Of a DNA stretch of 54,202 nt, positions 36,503 to 45,999 are shown in pieces. This stretch comes from a virus (lineage: Duplodnaviria; Caudoviricetes). The position numbers and the translations under genes are program-made. The notes under the pieces are model-generated. The model searched no databases, was not told the DNA's origin, and saw only the letters and a program-made list of their open reading frames with translations. Within the stretch, counting starts at the first letter, position 1. The number at the start of each line of letters is the position of its first letter. Location: positions 1-54,202 of the IMG/VR virus record IMGVR_UViG_3300033483_000002. One strand, written 5' to 3'.

Positions 36503-37342
36503 ATGATGCAACTCACATCATACAATCGAATGATCCGATACCTTTCCGCTGTTGCCGGATCTCCTCTCACTGACACCAAAGCGCAAAAGGGAATGATAGT
36601 TCCTTGGATACTTGCAGCTTCAAAACAAATTGAAAAACATCTTAAGAGAGAATTAACAATAGGAAATTATACCGAATATTTCGATACATTAAGTGAAAGG
36701 GATGTTCAGTTTTTTGTAAAAGCGTATCCAATTATTACATTGACAAGTGTATATCGTGATACTGAAGGAAAATGGGATAGTACAAATGAGAGTGAAATAG
36801 ATGATTGTATAATTGGTAAAAATTCCGATTCCGTGGTGACACCTCTTTCTCCAGAGGTATTGGCTTACAAAAGTACAAGAGTTATATATACTGGTGGGCT
36901 CGCTTATAGTGGCGTCAATTCTTTATTTACTTGTGTAATTACTGGAACATGGACGGTAGGAACTTATTGTTATGGTCAAACATCGGAAGCAGTTGGAATT
37001 TTAAAATCAAAAACAGCAACGACTTTAACAATTGAAAATTTATACGGAATATTTGAAGCAGGAGAGACACTTGCGGAATATTCCGATGAGAATTTAACCA
37101 CGGCAACAACAAATACGGCTGTATTAACAACTATTACAAGACAATCTCTTGTTGAACAATATCCCGATATAGTACGTGCATGCGAAATACAGGTACGTTA
37201 CTATTGGAAACATAAGGATGATTTTGAATTATCAAGTACTCAAAAAGATGGAACTAATCAGAGATCAATGTACGACAGCAAGGAATCATTAACTAATGAA
37301 GCAATGAAATTTCTACAACCATATATAAGACAAATATTATGA
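36503..37342 (+). CDS. Head-tail connector (adaptor) with an inserted beta-rich domain
   Basis: ILAAS..IE..L.R, YPI, V.YTGG, PDIVRAC, L.PY. Confidence 0.7.
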   Translation: MMQLTSYNRMIRYLSAVAGSPLTDTKAQKGMIVPWILAASKQIEKHLKRELTIGNYTEYFDTLSERDVQFFVKAYPIITLTSVYRDTEGKWDSTNESEIDDCIIGKNSDSVVTPLSPEVLAYKSTRVIYTGGLAYSGVNSLFTCVITGTWTVGTYCYGQTSEAVGILKSKTATTLTIENLYGIFEAGETLAEYSDENLTTATTNTAVLTTITRQSLVEQYPDIVRACEIQVRYYWKHKDDFELSSTQKDGTNQRSMYDSKESLTNEAMKFLQPYIRQIL

Positions 37343-37971
37343 ATATTACTTTTAAAGACAACTTTCAGGAGATTGCGGAAAAGTGGAAAAATAAGCCCAC
37401 TGAATTTTTTAATGGACTTGCAAAAGGTTTTCGAATGGGATTGCGTGAATATGCCGGTTATTTGGAAAAAGAGCAATTAAGCGGAAGGAAGTCCGGCAAT
37501 TATGGATTGAATAGACAAAGTGGAACTGCTGCAATGTCGTTAAATTCATTAGTGTCTTATGATGGTGAAGATTTAATCGGAAGAATAACCGTCAATAAAA
37601 ATGCATGGTATTTAAAATTGCATCAACATCATGATTTTGACGGTACGGCAATTGCAAAAGGAAATAGTTCTTTTGCTGTTCCTGTTCATCCGGATGCAAA
37701 AGGAAGGAAACCATCCGATTTTGATTTAGGATTTATAAAACTTCCCGGTAGAAATCCAATATTGATAAGAAAAATATTCAGAGGTGGAAGTAAAAGAGGA
37801 GGAGCTTCGGAAGCAGGACAAAAATTATTACGTGAGGATATAATGTTTGTATTAACAAAAAAGGTATTTATTCCTAAACGTCTTTATTTTTATGAAGATT
37901 TTAAAACAATAGGTAATAATATGATTGGCAATCAAATAATGATTCAATTAAAATCTTTAAGTAAAGGATAG
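37339..37971 (+). CDS. Neck/tail-completion protein (HK97 gp10-like position)
   Basis: Basic; L...SG....S, V.IPKR.YF. Confidence 0.55.
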   Translation: MNITFKDNFQEIAEKWKNKPTEFFNGLAKGFRMGLREYAGYLEKEQLSGRKSGNYGLNRQSGTAAMSLNSLVSYDGEDLIGRITVNKNAWYLKLHQHHDFDGTAIAKGNSSFAVPVHPDAKGRKPSDFDLGFIKLPGRNPILIRKIFRGGSKRGGASEAGQKLLREDIMFVLTKKVFIPKRLYFYEDFKTIGNNMIGNQIMIQLKSLSKG

Positions 37972-37972
37972 T

Positions 37973-38626
37973 ATGAAAAAAATAATTTCCTTTTCTCTTT
38001 GGGGAAGAGATCCACTTTATTGTAACGGTGCTATATGGAATGCAATTGAAAGGGAAAAATTTTATCCTGATTGGATTTGTCGATTCTATTATGATGATTC
38101 CGTACCATTGGAAATAATTGATCAGATTGCAGCAACAAAATCAGAAATTGTACATATGAATATGACAACTGATAGTTTAGGTGCATTTTGGCGTTTTCAT
38201 CCAATGTTTGACGATAAAGAAATCGAGAGATTTATAGTAAGGGATACTGATTCAAAATATACTGTTCGTGAAGTTGCAATGGTTAATGAATGGATTGCAA
38301 GTAATAAACCTTTTCACATTATGAGAGATCACCCTTCTCATGGTGCTTCAATACTCGCCGGCATGTGGGGTGCTATTCCTGGTTGTGTATCACAATTCGA
38401 AAGAAGAATCGGAATTTATTTTAGTAATTTACTTCCTGATAATAGGAATACAAGAGGACCATTTCACGGATGTGATCAGATATTTTTGAATTCTCATGTA
38501 TGGCCTATTATAAAGGATAACCATATTGCACATATAAGAAAAGGAAATCCCGGTTTACGATATACTGGAGATGAAATTGAAGTTGATAATCCTATTGATG
38601 GCCATTATGTAGGAATGGTTGCATAA
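37973..38626 (+). CDS. Putative GT-A fold glycosyltransferase (KIISFSLWG family)
   Basis: RDTDS DxD motif, FHIMRDHP, LAGMWG, DQIFL. Confidence 0.6.
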   Translation: MKKIISFSLWGRDPLYCNGAIWNAIEREKFYPDWICRFYYDDSVPLEIIDQIAATKSEIVHMNMTTDSLGAFWRFHPMFDDKEIERFIVRDTDSKYTVREVAMVNEWIASNKPFHIMRDHPSHGASILAGMWGAIPGCVSQFERRIGIYFSNLLPDNRNTRGPFHGCDQIFLNSHVWPIIKDNHIAHIRKGNPGLRYTGDEIEVDNPIDGHYVGMVA

Positions 38627-40088
38627 TATGAAAAAAATAATATCATTCTCTTTGTGGGGAAATGAACCATTATACATTAATGGTGCAATAAGCAATATTA
38701 TCAATAGTCAAAAATTCTATCCTGGTTGGATTTGTCGATTTTATATTGATGAATCGATTGATAAAGATCTTCAGGAAAAAATATTGTCTTTTGGTAACAC
38801 TGAAATAAAAATAATGCCAAAAGCAGAAGATGTTTTAGGGATGTTTTGGCGTTTTGCTCCAATGTGGGATGATTTGGAAATTGAACGCTTCATAGTGAGA
38901 GATACGGATTGCCAACCTACAAAAAGGGAAGTTAATGCTGTAAATGAGTGGATTACGAGCGAAAAACCTTTTCATATTATAAGAGATAATCATTACCATT
39001 ATGTTCCTATCCTTGGGGGAACATGGGGTGCTATTCCTGGCTGCATACCTAATATGCAAAAAGATATTAGTGAATTTCTATTGACAGTTCAAGAAACAAA
39101 ATCTCAACATAAGAGCAGGAAGTTTCATGGTGTTGATCAAATATTTCTTTACAATTTTGTATGGCCTATTATTAAAGATAATCATATTGCACATATAAGA
39201 GAAAATGAACCTGTTCTTGTAATGACAGGTAAAGAAATAATTCTTCCACCACTGGAAGAAGGTGGGCATTTTATTGGAATGCCTTGCACTGATATTAATG
39301 GACAATGTACAAGAGTTGAAAGTCATTTGCTTAAAAGCAATTCAATGTTATACAAAAGAATTTGTTTGATGGTCCCAACTTACAAACGAATTGATAGAAT
39401 AGGTAGTTTTATTTCCAGTGTTTATGACACTGTAAGCAATATTGAAAATGTTTGTTTTTCTTTTTGTGTGAATATTAACGATAAGGAAACAAGGGAATTT
39501 CTTAACAGTTATAATTGGCACAATAAGGAATGTTTTGAAATAATTGATGAGGATACAATTCAACCGAATTTATCTCTTTATTTTAATAAAATGTATAAAG
39601 AGACAAAATTTCAAGATGCAATTGTATCAATGTTGGGTGATGATATGATTTTCAAAACTAAAGACTGGGATTTAAGAATTCTTGACATTATAAATAAACA
39701 TGATGGAAAGGCAATAGTTTATTGCGATGATAATTTTACAGCTCATGCATCTTGTGCAGTAAATTTATTTACTGCAAGAAAAGAAATAGTTGAATTGACA
39801 AAAAAGCCTTTCATGTGTGAATACTTCCATGCCGATATGATTGATGCAATATGGACAATGGTAGGAATGATGACGGGAACGATTCATTATCTCTCAGATG
39901 TCATTATTCAACATAATCACTCTTCTGCACAATCTGCTGAATTTTGGGATGATACCTTTAAAAGATTGAATCCTATTCAGAAAGTATGTAGTACAAAAGA
40001 AAATATGAAACTGGCAACTACTTATGCAACATTGTGTGCAAAAAATCTTATTGAGAATGGAGTGGGACATTGGAACATTCTTCAATAA
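38619..40088 (+). CDS. Two-domain glycosyltransferase: KIISFSLWG-family domain plus GT2-like domain
   Basis: N-half is a paralog of the previous gene; C-half has LMVPTYKR, LGDD, IQHNH. Confidence 0.7.
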   Translation: MHNMKKIISFSLWGNEPLYINGAISNIINSQKFYPGWICRFYIDESIDKDLQEKILSFGNTEIKIMPKAEDVLGMFWRFAPMWDDLEIERFIVRDTDCQPTKREVNAVNEWITSEKPFHIIRDNHYHYVPILGGTWGAIPGCIPNMQKDISEFLLTVQETKSQHKSRKFHGVDQIFLYNFVWPIIKDNHIAHIRENEPVLVMTGKEIILPPLEEGGHFIGMPCTDINGQCTRVESHLLKSNSMLYKRICLMVPTYKRIDRIGSFISSVYDTVSNIENVCFSFCVNINDKETREFLNSYNWHNKECFEIIDEDTIQPNLSLYFNKMYKETKFQDAIVSMLGDDMIFKTKDWDLRILDIINKHDGKAIVYCDDNFTAHASCAVNLFTARKEIVELTKKPFMCEYFHADMIDAIWTMVGMMTGTIHYLSDVIIQHNHSSAQSAEFWDDTFKRLNPIQKVCSTKENMKLATTYATLCAKNLIENGVGHWNILQ

Positions 40089-40627
40089 TATTATCTATTC
40101 TTATATGCTCCCTTGAAGAAAGAAAAAAGGAACTTGGGTTTATATTTGAAAAGTTACTTCATCAAAGATTGTCTTATGCATCAAAAATTGAAGTATTAAT
40201 TGAATCAGATAATCGAGAAATAACTATAGGGGAGAAAAGAAACATCCTTCTTTCCAGAGCACAAGGGGAATACATTTGCTTTGTTGATGACGATGATGAT
40301 ATATCCAATGATTACATCGAATCAATAATGAAGGCATTGGAAAGTAAGCCTGATTGTGTCGGTATTGAAGGCACAATTGACTATATGGGAATTAAAGGAA
40401 TATTTAAACACTCTCGTCAATTTCAATCATGGTATACCGGGCCTGATGCATTTTACAGAACGCCTAATCACCTTAATCCTGTAAAAAGAGAAATCGCCTT
40501 AAGAATAGGATTTCCACCACAATCATTTGGTGAAGATCAAATATATTCCAATGGAATAAAAAGAATGTTGAAAACTGAAGTGTATATCAATCATCCAATT
40601 TACTTTTATAAGAAAGAGAAAGAATGA
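40070..40627 (+). CDS. Glycosyltransferase family 2
   Basis: LSILICS, IGEKRN..L..A.GEYICFVDDDD, GED. Confidence 0.85.
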   Translation: MEHSSIILSILICSLEERKKELGFIFEKLLHQRLSYASKIEVLIESDNREITIGEKRNILLSRAQGEYICFVDDDDDISNDYIESIMKALESKPDCVGIEGTIDYMGIKGIFKHSRQFQSWYTGPDAFYRTPNHLNPVKREIALRIGFPPQSFGEDQIYSNGIKRMLKTEVYINHPIYFYKKEKE

Positions 40628-41700
40628 ATTTCTTTTCAATTGATCAGCATATTTCCGTTATCGCAGATATTCGATATATTCTTAATCAATTGGGGCATAC
40701 TGTAAAGGAAATATCCTTAAGCGGTCATGCATCTATTATCGGTCGTCCTACAGGTAATATACCGGAATTGAATGGCAATAATTGGTGTAATGTTATCAAT
40801 CAACAGCAATTCGATTCTTTCTATAGTAAATATAAAAAAGAACTTGAAAAATACGACGGTTTTATTTGTTGCTATCCACCAATATTCTCTATGTTGTATC
40901 GTTCATCCGATAAACCGATAATTATACAAATTCCTATTCGTTATGAGTGTTGTTGTGAGCATAATTTGCCGTTATGGGAAGAGTTCAATAAATTTTTGCA
41001 AAAAGGAGTTGATGAACATAGAATATTTCTTTGTGCAAACAACTTGTATGATAAAAAATATGCTGAAGGTTTTATCGATCGACCTGTAAGATATATTCCT
41101 TCACTTTGCGAATACACTGGAATGAGTTATAACCCTGTTTACGATATGTTTCTTTACTTCGGATTTTTTAGGGTAAAGGAACAATCAGGGAGAATGATAT
41201 ACAAGCATGATGCAATGAAAGCTGGTCACGCATGGCAAAATATCTCTGAATACAAAGGATGTATCCATTATCCTTATAACGTTTCAACTATGTCAATATT
41301 TGAGCAATATACAGCAAATATTCCTCTATTCTTTCCGACAAAAAGATTTTTAATGGAAATGTTTCTTGATAAAATACCTATTCTTCATCAGTTGAGCTGG
41401 CAACAACAGGGAAATAATGGAATACCAAAATCACAAATGGGCAATTCCTTCCAGTGGGACCCGAATAATTTCTCTGATTTCAATTGTGTTTCTCATTGGA
41501 TTGATAACGCAGATTTTTATAGTGAAAATATGAAATGTATTCGTTATTTTGACAATGTACACGATAGAGATGATATTTTAGGACTTGATAAAGAAACATT
41601 ATTAAGTATAAGCAATGAAATGAAGGAACATAACAGGGAAAGAAAATCTTACGTGTATAATGAATGGTATAAACTGATGGATGAAATAGAATGTCTATGA
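40624..41700 (+). CDS. Putative GT-B-like glycosyltransferase
   Basis: YKGCIHYPYNVSTMSIFEQY.ANIPLFFP pattern; cluster context. Confidence 0.5.
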   Translation: MNFFSIDQHISVIADIRYILNQLGHTVKEISLSGHASIIGRPTGNIPELNGNNWCNVINQQQFDSFYSKYKKELEKYDGFICCYPPIFSMLYRSSDKPIIIQIPIRYECCCEHNLPLWEEFNKFLQKGVDEHRIFLCANNLYDKKYAEGFIDRPVRYIPSLCEYTGMSYNPVYDMFLYFGFFRVKEQSGRMIYKHDAMKAGHAWQNISEYKGCIHYPYNVSTMSIFEQYTANIPLFFPTKRFLMEMFLDKIPILHQLSWQQQGNNGIPKSQMGNSFQWDPNNFSDFNCVSHWIDNADFYSENMKCIRYFDNVHDRDDILGLDKETLLSISNEMKEHNRERKSYVYNEWYKLMDEIECL

Positions 41701-41996
41701 CTTTTAATAATAAAAAGTTAACTATTTGTGAGGTCTTACGGCAAATAAATGATAGAGTTCAAGGGGATGCATTTTCTGATGTTCGGGATATGATTGCACT
41801 TGCTGAACAAATGGCAAAGAAAATAGTTTCAAAATTACGTGAGTACAATGAAAAAGATAATCCGGAATTGTGGTTTGATAAAGAAACAAGGGACTCTTTT
41901 GATAGAGATATGGAAACATACTTAATAGGGAATCCGGAAAGAGCTGAAAGATTATTGTCAAAGGAAATAAATGAAAACAGCAGCAGTACTAATTAA
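41691..41996 (+). CDS. Hypothetical protein
   Basis: Overlapping both neighbours. Confidence 0.55.
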   Translation: MSMTFNNKKLTICEVLRQINDRVQGDAFSDVRDMIALAEQMAKKIVSKLREYNEKDNPELWFDKETRDSFDRDMETYLIGNPERAERLLSKEINENSSSTN

Positions 41997-42603
41997 TATT
42001 GATAACCAGCCTTTTGCTGATTTGTCTGTAAAAGCTAATCAGAAATATTATTCTCATTTTGGAATTGAATTGAGACAAATAAAAGGACTATCTGATAAAG
42101 CAAAGAATTATAAGCCGAAATGGATGGCAAGTATTGCATTCGATGTATTTCCTGATCTTGATTTTGTTATAGTTCAGGATTTGGATATTATACCATGTAA
42201 TCTTAAGTATAATATTATGGATTTTTTAATGTTAAGGGAACTTAACTTTGCAAAATCATATACACGAATAGGGATGAAAATTACAACTGCACCTTTCCCT
42301 TATTTTCAATATAATGCCGGTTTGTTTGCATACAATAAACATTTTCAAGAGATGTTCGATTCTATTTTTCAATATGGAAAAGATGATCCGGAAAATTTTG
42401 GAACCTGTGATCAATATTATATTAATAAATATATTGGAGAAAATAGCCTGTATGTAAATGAAATACCGATGATTTTTAATACATTTTATCATTCTTCCAT
42501 TGATTTTGATAGAGTTGCTTTTTGTCATTATACAAATTCATTGCCGAGTGAGTGCAAACTTGATTTCATTGAACAATATCACCCAAAGGAAATGTTGTGT
42601 TGA
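41971..42603 (+). CDS. GT-A glycosyltransferase (GT8/GT34-like)
   Basis: QDLDI DxD, YNAG, DQYYIN, FN, HY. Confidence 0.7.
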   Translation: MKTAAVLINIDNQPFADLSVKANQKYYSHFGIELRQIKGLSDKAKNYKPKWMASIAFDVFPDLDFVIVQDLDIIPCNLKYNIMDFLMLRELNFAKSYTRIGMKITTAPFPYFQYNAGLFAYNKHFQEMFDSIFQYGKDDPENFGTCDQYYINKYIGENSLYVNEIPMIFNTFYHSSIDFDRVAFCHYTNSLPSECKLDFIEQYHPKEMLC

Positions 42604-43310
42604 ATTTTAAATCTAATTTACATTTAGTTGAACTATGTTTGACATATCGATGTAATATTAAATGTAATAACTGTTCCAATCTCTGTACACAAGCTCCTTA
42701 TCGGGGTGATTTGACTCCTGATATTGTAGATGGTTTTATTGATGACTTAATTTCTTCAGGGAATCCGATAGGACAAATTACTCTACATGGTGGTGAACCT
42801 GTTTTAAATCCTTGGATATTTGATATAATAGAACTATTAGTTGATTACAGAAAAATATCTAATGTAACATTATGGTTATTGACAAATAATTCTTGTCATG
42901 AAATAAGGGAAAAGACTTCCAAGATAAGTGTTGAATATAATATCGCTCTGGGAATTGCTGAAAAAGATGGTATACATCAAATTGATTATGTGCCAGTAAA
43001 CGAAAGCCCTGAAGACTTAAAAGAAGAATATACAATAGGATGTTTTCAAACTGAAAATTGTGGTATTTGCTTTAACTACCTTGGTTGGTTTCCTTGTTCA
43101 CCAATGGCTGCAGCATCACGTTTATTTAATTATTATCCTGCTGCTTTAACTTATAATGATTTAACGGAAGAAAAATGTACTGAATATTTTAATTTGCATT
43201 GTAAACATTGTGGATTTGCATTACCAAATAGAAGAAGAGTGAAGGAACAAACAAGTACAAAAACATGGATTGATAAGTTTGCTGAATACAATAGAAAGAA
43301 AGTTGTATGA
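42597..43310 (+). CDS. Radical SAM protein with C-terminal Cys cluster
   Basis: CNIKCNNC, HGGEP, LTN, C...CG...PC...CKHC. Confidence 0.85.
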   Translation: MLNFKSNLHLVELCLTYRCNIKCNNCSNLCTQAPYRGDLTPDIVDGFIDDLISSGNPIGQITLHGGEPVLNPWIFDIIELLVDYRKISNVTLWLLTNNSCHEIREKTSKISVEYNIALGIAEKDGIHQIDYVPVNESPEDLKEEYTIGCFQTENCGICFNYLGWFPCSPMAAASRLFNYYPAALTYNDLTEEKCTEYFNLHCKHCGFALPNRRRVKEQTSTKTWIDKFAEYNRKKVV

Positions 43311-44182
43311 AGTTTTTGATTTTACAGGATATTCCAGTTAATCAACCTGTTGAAAATTTTTGTATTGCAAGAGGACTTGAGAGAGCTTTTTGGAGATCCG
43401 GTTTTAATGCACATGCAGAAAATACACTTACGTTGCATTTAATTGATGATGATAAATGGAAAATGCTTTCTAGTCATTTTGATGCTTTACTTATAACTCA
43501 AAATTATTTCCTTGAACATATAAATTATGTGAAGGAATTCAAAGGATTAAAAATATTTTGGTCGATTGACTCTCATAAGGATTTTGAAAATCATGCAAAA
43601 TTTATTTTAGATAATAAGATAGATATTGCATTAGTATCAAGTTATTCTTATGTTAGTCAATTCAAAGAAAAAGGAATAAACGCTTTTTGGTTTCCTAACT
43701 GTTATCCTTCCGATTTAATTACACCCACTAATTTTCAAAATAGACCTATTCAATTAGGTTTTTGCGGATCAAGAAGTAATCGAGGAGAGTGGATTGATAA
43801 ATTAAAAAATGAATGTAATTTGCATACTGCAATAAATGTTTGTGCTGAAAAAATGGTAAATGAACTTTATTCATATAAAATTGGATGGAACAGAAATGAA
43901 GCTGATGACATTAATTTCAGAACTTTTGAAATGATGGGTGCAGGATGTTTACTTTTAACAAATGAAACTCCTGGTATAACTAAGTTATTTAAAAATGTGT
44001 GTTACTCTGAATATAATACATATAATTGGTGTATTGACAAGATTAAAAAATATTCGGAACATGAAAAAGAAAGACTTGAAATAGCAATAAATGGGTATAA
44101 TGAAGTAAGAAAAAATCATTCTTATGATTCAAGAGTAGTTGACTTGATAAAAATTATTGAGACAGGAGAAGGGACTTTATAA
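43307..44182 (+). CDS. GT-B glycosyltransferase (CgeB/Glyco_trans_1_2-like)
   Basis: GFCGS, R.EW, KIGWN, NFRTFE..GAG..LLT, IA..GY..V...HSY..R. Confidence 0.8.
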   Translation: MKFLILQDIPVNQPVENFCIARGLERAFWRSGFNAHAENTLTLHLIDDDKWKMLSSHFDALLITQNYFLEHINYVKEFKGLKIFWSIDSHKDFENHAKFILDNKIDIALVSSYSYVSQFKEKGINAFWFPNCYPSDLITPTNFQNRPIQLGFCGSRSNRGEWIDKLKNECNLHTAINVCAEKMVNELYSYKIGWNRNEADDINFRTFEMMGAGCLLLTNETPGITKLFKNVCYSEYNTYNWCIDKIKKYSEHEKERLEIAINGYNEVRKNHSYDSRVVDLIKIIETGEGTL

Positions 44183-45357
44183 TGACAACTCTTGCATTAA
44201 ATATTATTGTAGGTCCCGGAGAGGCACATCTTTTAAATCGATGCTTGAAATCATATGATGCAAAAAATAACTTTGATGAGATTGTTATTGTAAATACATC
44301 GAAAGATGAAGAAGTGAATAGAGTTGCTTTTGAATATACAAAAAAGGTGTTTTTCTTCCAGTGGGAAAGTGAAGATTTTCCATTCGGTAATTTTGGAGGA
44401 GCAAGAGATTGTGCTCGATTAAATACTGAATCAGATAAAATATGGTGGTTGGATGCTGATGATGTATGTATCGAACAATATAAGGAAAAGTTGATTGATG
44501 CAATTAAAATCATAAAGAATGAACAATACAAAGATGTTATTATTTGGCTTATGCCATACACGATTATTCTCAATGAGAATGGAAATAATGATGTCTGGTT
44601 TAAAAGAGAAAGAGTATTTGATAGGAAAAAAATACAATGGAAAAGACCAGTCCACGAAACTATTTTTCCTGGAATTGAAATAGTAAAATATGCTGTTATA
44701 AACGGTATGTTCAATACTCATTTACCCAATAAACCTACATATACGAGTGCAATTAGAAATATAAAAATACTTGAACATGAGTATAGTAGAGATAAAACTG
44801 ATATTCAGATTAAGTATTTTCTCGGAAGAGATTATATGTTTACAGGTAATCTTGATAAAGGAATTAGTTTACTTAATGATATTTTGAATGATATGGAATC
44901 AAGTTACGAAATGCTTTATGCAATTGCATTAGAAATGATCTGGTTTTATGCATATGGCGGTATTAATCCACATGCAACTTTACATAATTTCAAACAAGAA
45001 AATATTAATAATGTTGAAAGTTATTGCAGACTTGCTTTATCGTACAGTCATGAATACGCAGAACCTTATGTTGTGTTAGGTGATGTTTATTATTATAAAA
45101 AGTTAATTGATGCATCAGCAAAGATGTATATGACTGCAATGAAAAAGAAAATTGGAGTCGGTAAATTTCAAACAGAACCTTTTTACACTGAAGTGCCTGC
45201 AGATAGATTGACAGATATTTTTAATTTAAAAGGAATGATTGGAATGGCATTACATTATAATACTATGTCATTAAAGTATAATAAAAAAGAAGATTATTTA
45301 AAGAAAAGAAATGCAATTATTGAAAAACTGAAAAATGAAGATATAAACCTTATTTGA
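44182..45357 (+). CDS. GT2 glycosyltransferase with TPR repeats (SunS-like architecture)
   Basis: FGGARD, WLDADD, W.RPVHE, RN...L, YFLGRDY, EPY..LG..YY. Confidence 0.85.
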   Translation: MTTLALNIIVGPGEAHLLNRCLKSYDAKNNFDEIVIVNTSKDEEVNRVAFEYTKKVFFFQWESEDFPFGNFGGARDCARLNTESDKIWWLDADDVCIEQYKEKLIDAIKIIKNEQYKDVIIWLMPYTIILNENGNNDVWFKRERVFDRKKIQWKRPVHETIFPGIEIVKYAVINGMFNTHLPNKPTYTSAIRNIKILEHEYSRDKTDIQIKYFLGRDYMFTGNLDKGISLLNDILNDMESSYEMLYAIALEMIWFYAYGGINPHATLHNFKQENINNVESYCRLALSYSHEYAEPYVVLGDVYYYKKLIDASAKMYMTAMKKKIGVGKFQTEPFYTEVPADRLTDIFNLKGMIGMALHYNTMSLKYNKKEDYLKKRNAIIEKLKNEDINLI

Positions 45358-45370
45358 GAAGGAGTTTATT

Positions 45371-45742
45371 ATGGCAATTACTCATAATGCAACAATTAGA
45401 GCATCTTTTGCGGAAGCTGTAAAGGTAGCCACAGATGCAGGTTCAAGTTATGGAAAATTGGTATTATTGACTTCTGGTGATGCTGTTTTGGCTGAAATTG
45501 TTTTACAAGATCCTGCATGGTCACGAACAGGAGCGGTTTTAACATTATTGGGAGTACCTTTAAACGTTGCTGCTGCTGCTGATGGTACAATAGCAAAAGG
45601 AAAGATAGTTGATTCTGATGATAATACTGTATATGCAGGAACTGCAGGTCTTGCAGGTTCTGATTTTGTTGTTGACAATACGTCTGTTACAACAGGTCAA
45701 AATGTAAAAGTTAATTCAGCAACTTATACAGCTTCATTATAG
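45371..45742 (+). CDS. Putative virion structural protein
   Basis: Strong RBS; Ala/Gly/Thr-rich beta protein. Confidence 0.6.
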   Translation: MAITHNATIRASFAEAVKVATDAGSSYGKLVLLTSGDAVLAEIVLQDPAWSRTGAVLTLLGVPLNVAAAADGTIAKGKIVDSDDNTVYAGTAGLAGSDFVVDNTSVTTGQNVKVNSATYTASL

Positions 45743-45750
45743 GTAATTAT

Positions 45751-45999
45751 ATGAAAATAAAAGTTAATGATGTGCACATGTGCAAGATTGGTGGAAGTCA
45801 TGTATGTTTTGATTTACTAATAAATGATTCTGTTACAAGAACATTTAGCTCTACACTTGCAGACATAGATAGTCTGGTTGAAAATACACCTGATCAAATT
45901 ATAGGACTTCTACGAATGCACTGTCATTGTGTAGAAAATAATGCGACCACACTTTTACAAATGAAAAATGCATTATTAGATCAGGAGTTTGAATGGTAA
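45751..45999 (+). CDS. Hypothetical protein
   Basis: 82 aa in late operon. Confidence 0.55.
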   Translation: MKIKVNDVHMCKIGGSHVCFDLLINDSVTRTFSSTLADIDSLVENTPDQIIGLLRMHCHCVENNATTLLQMKNALLDQEFEW

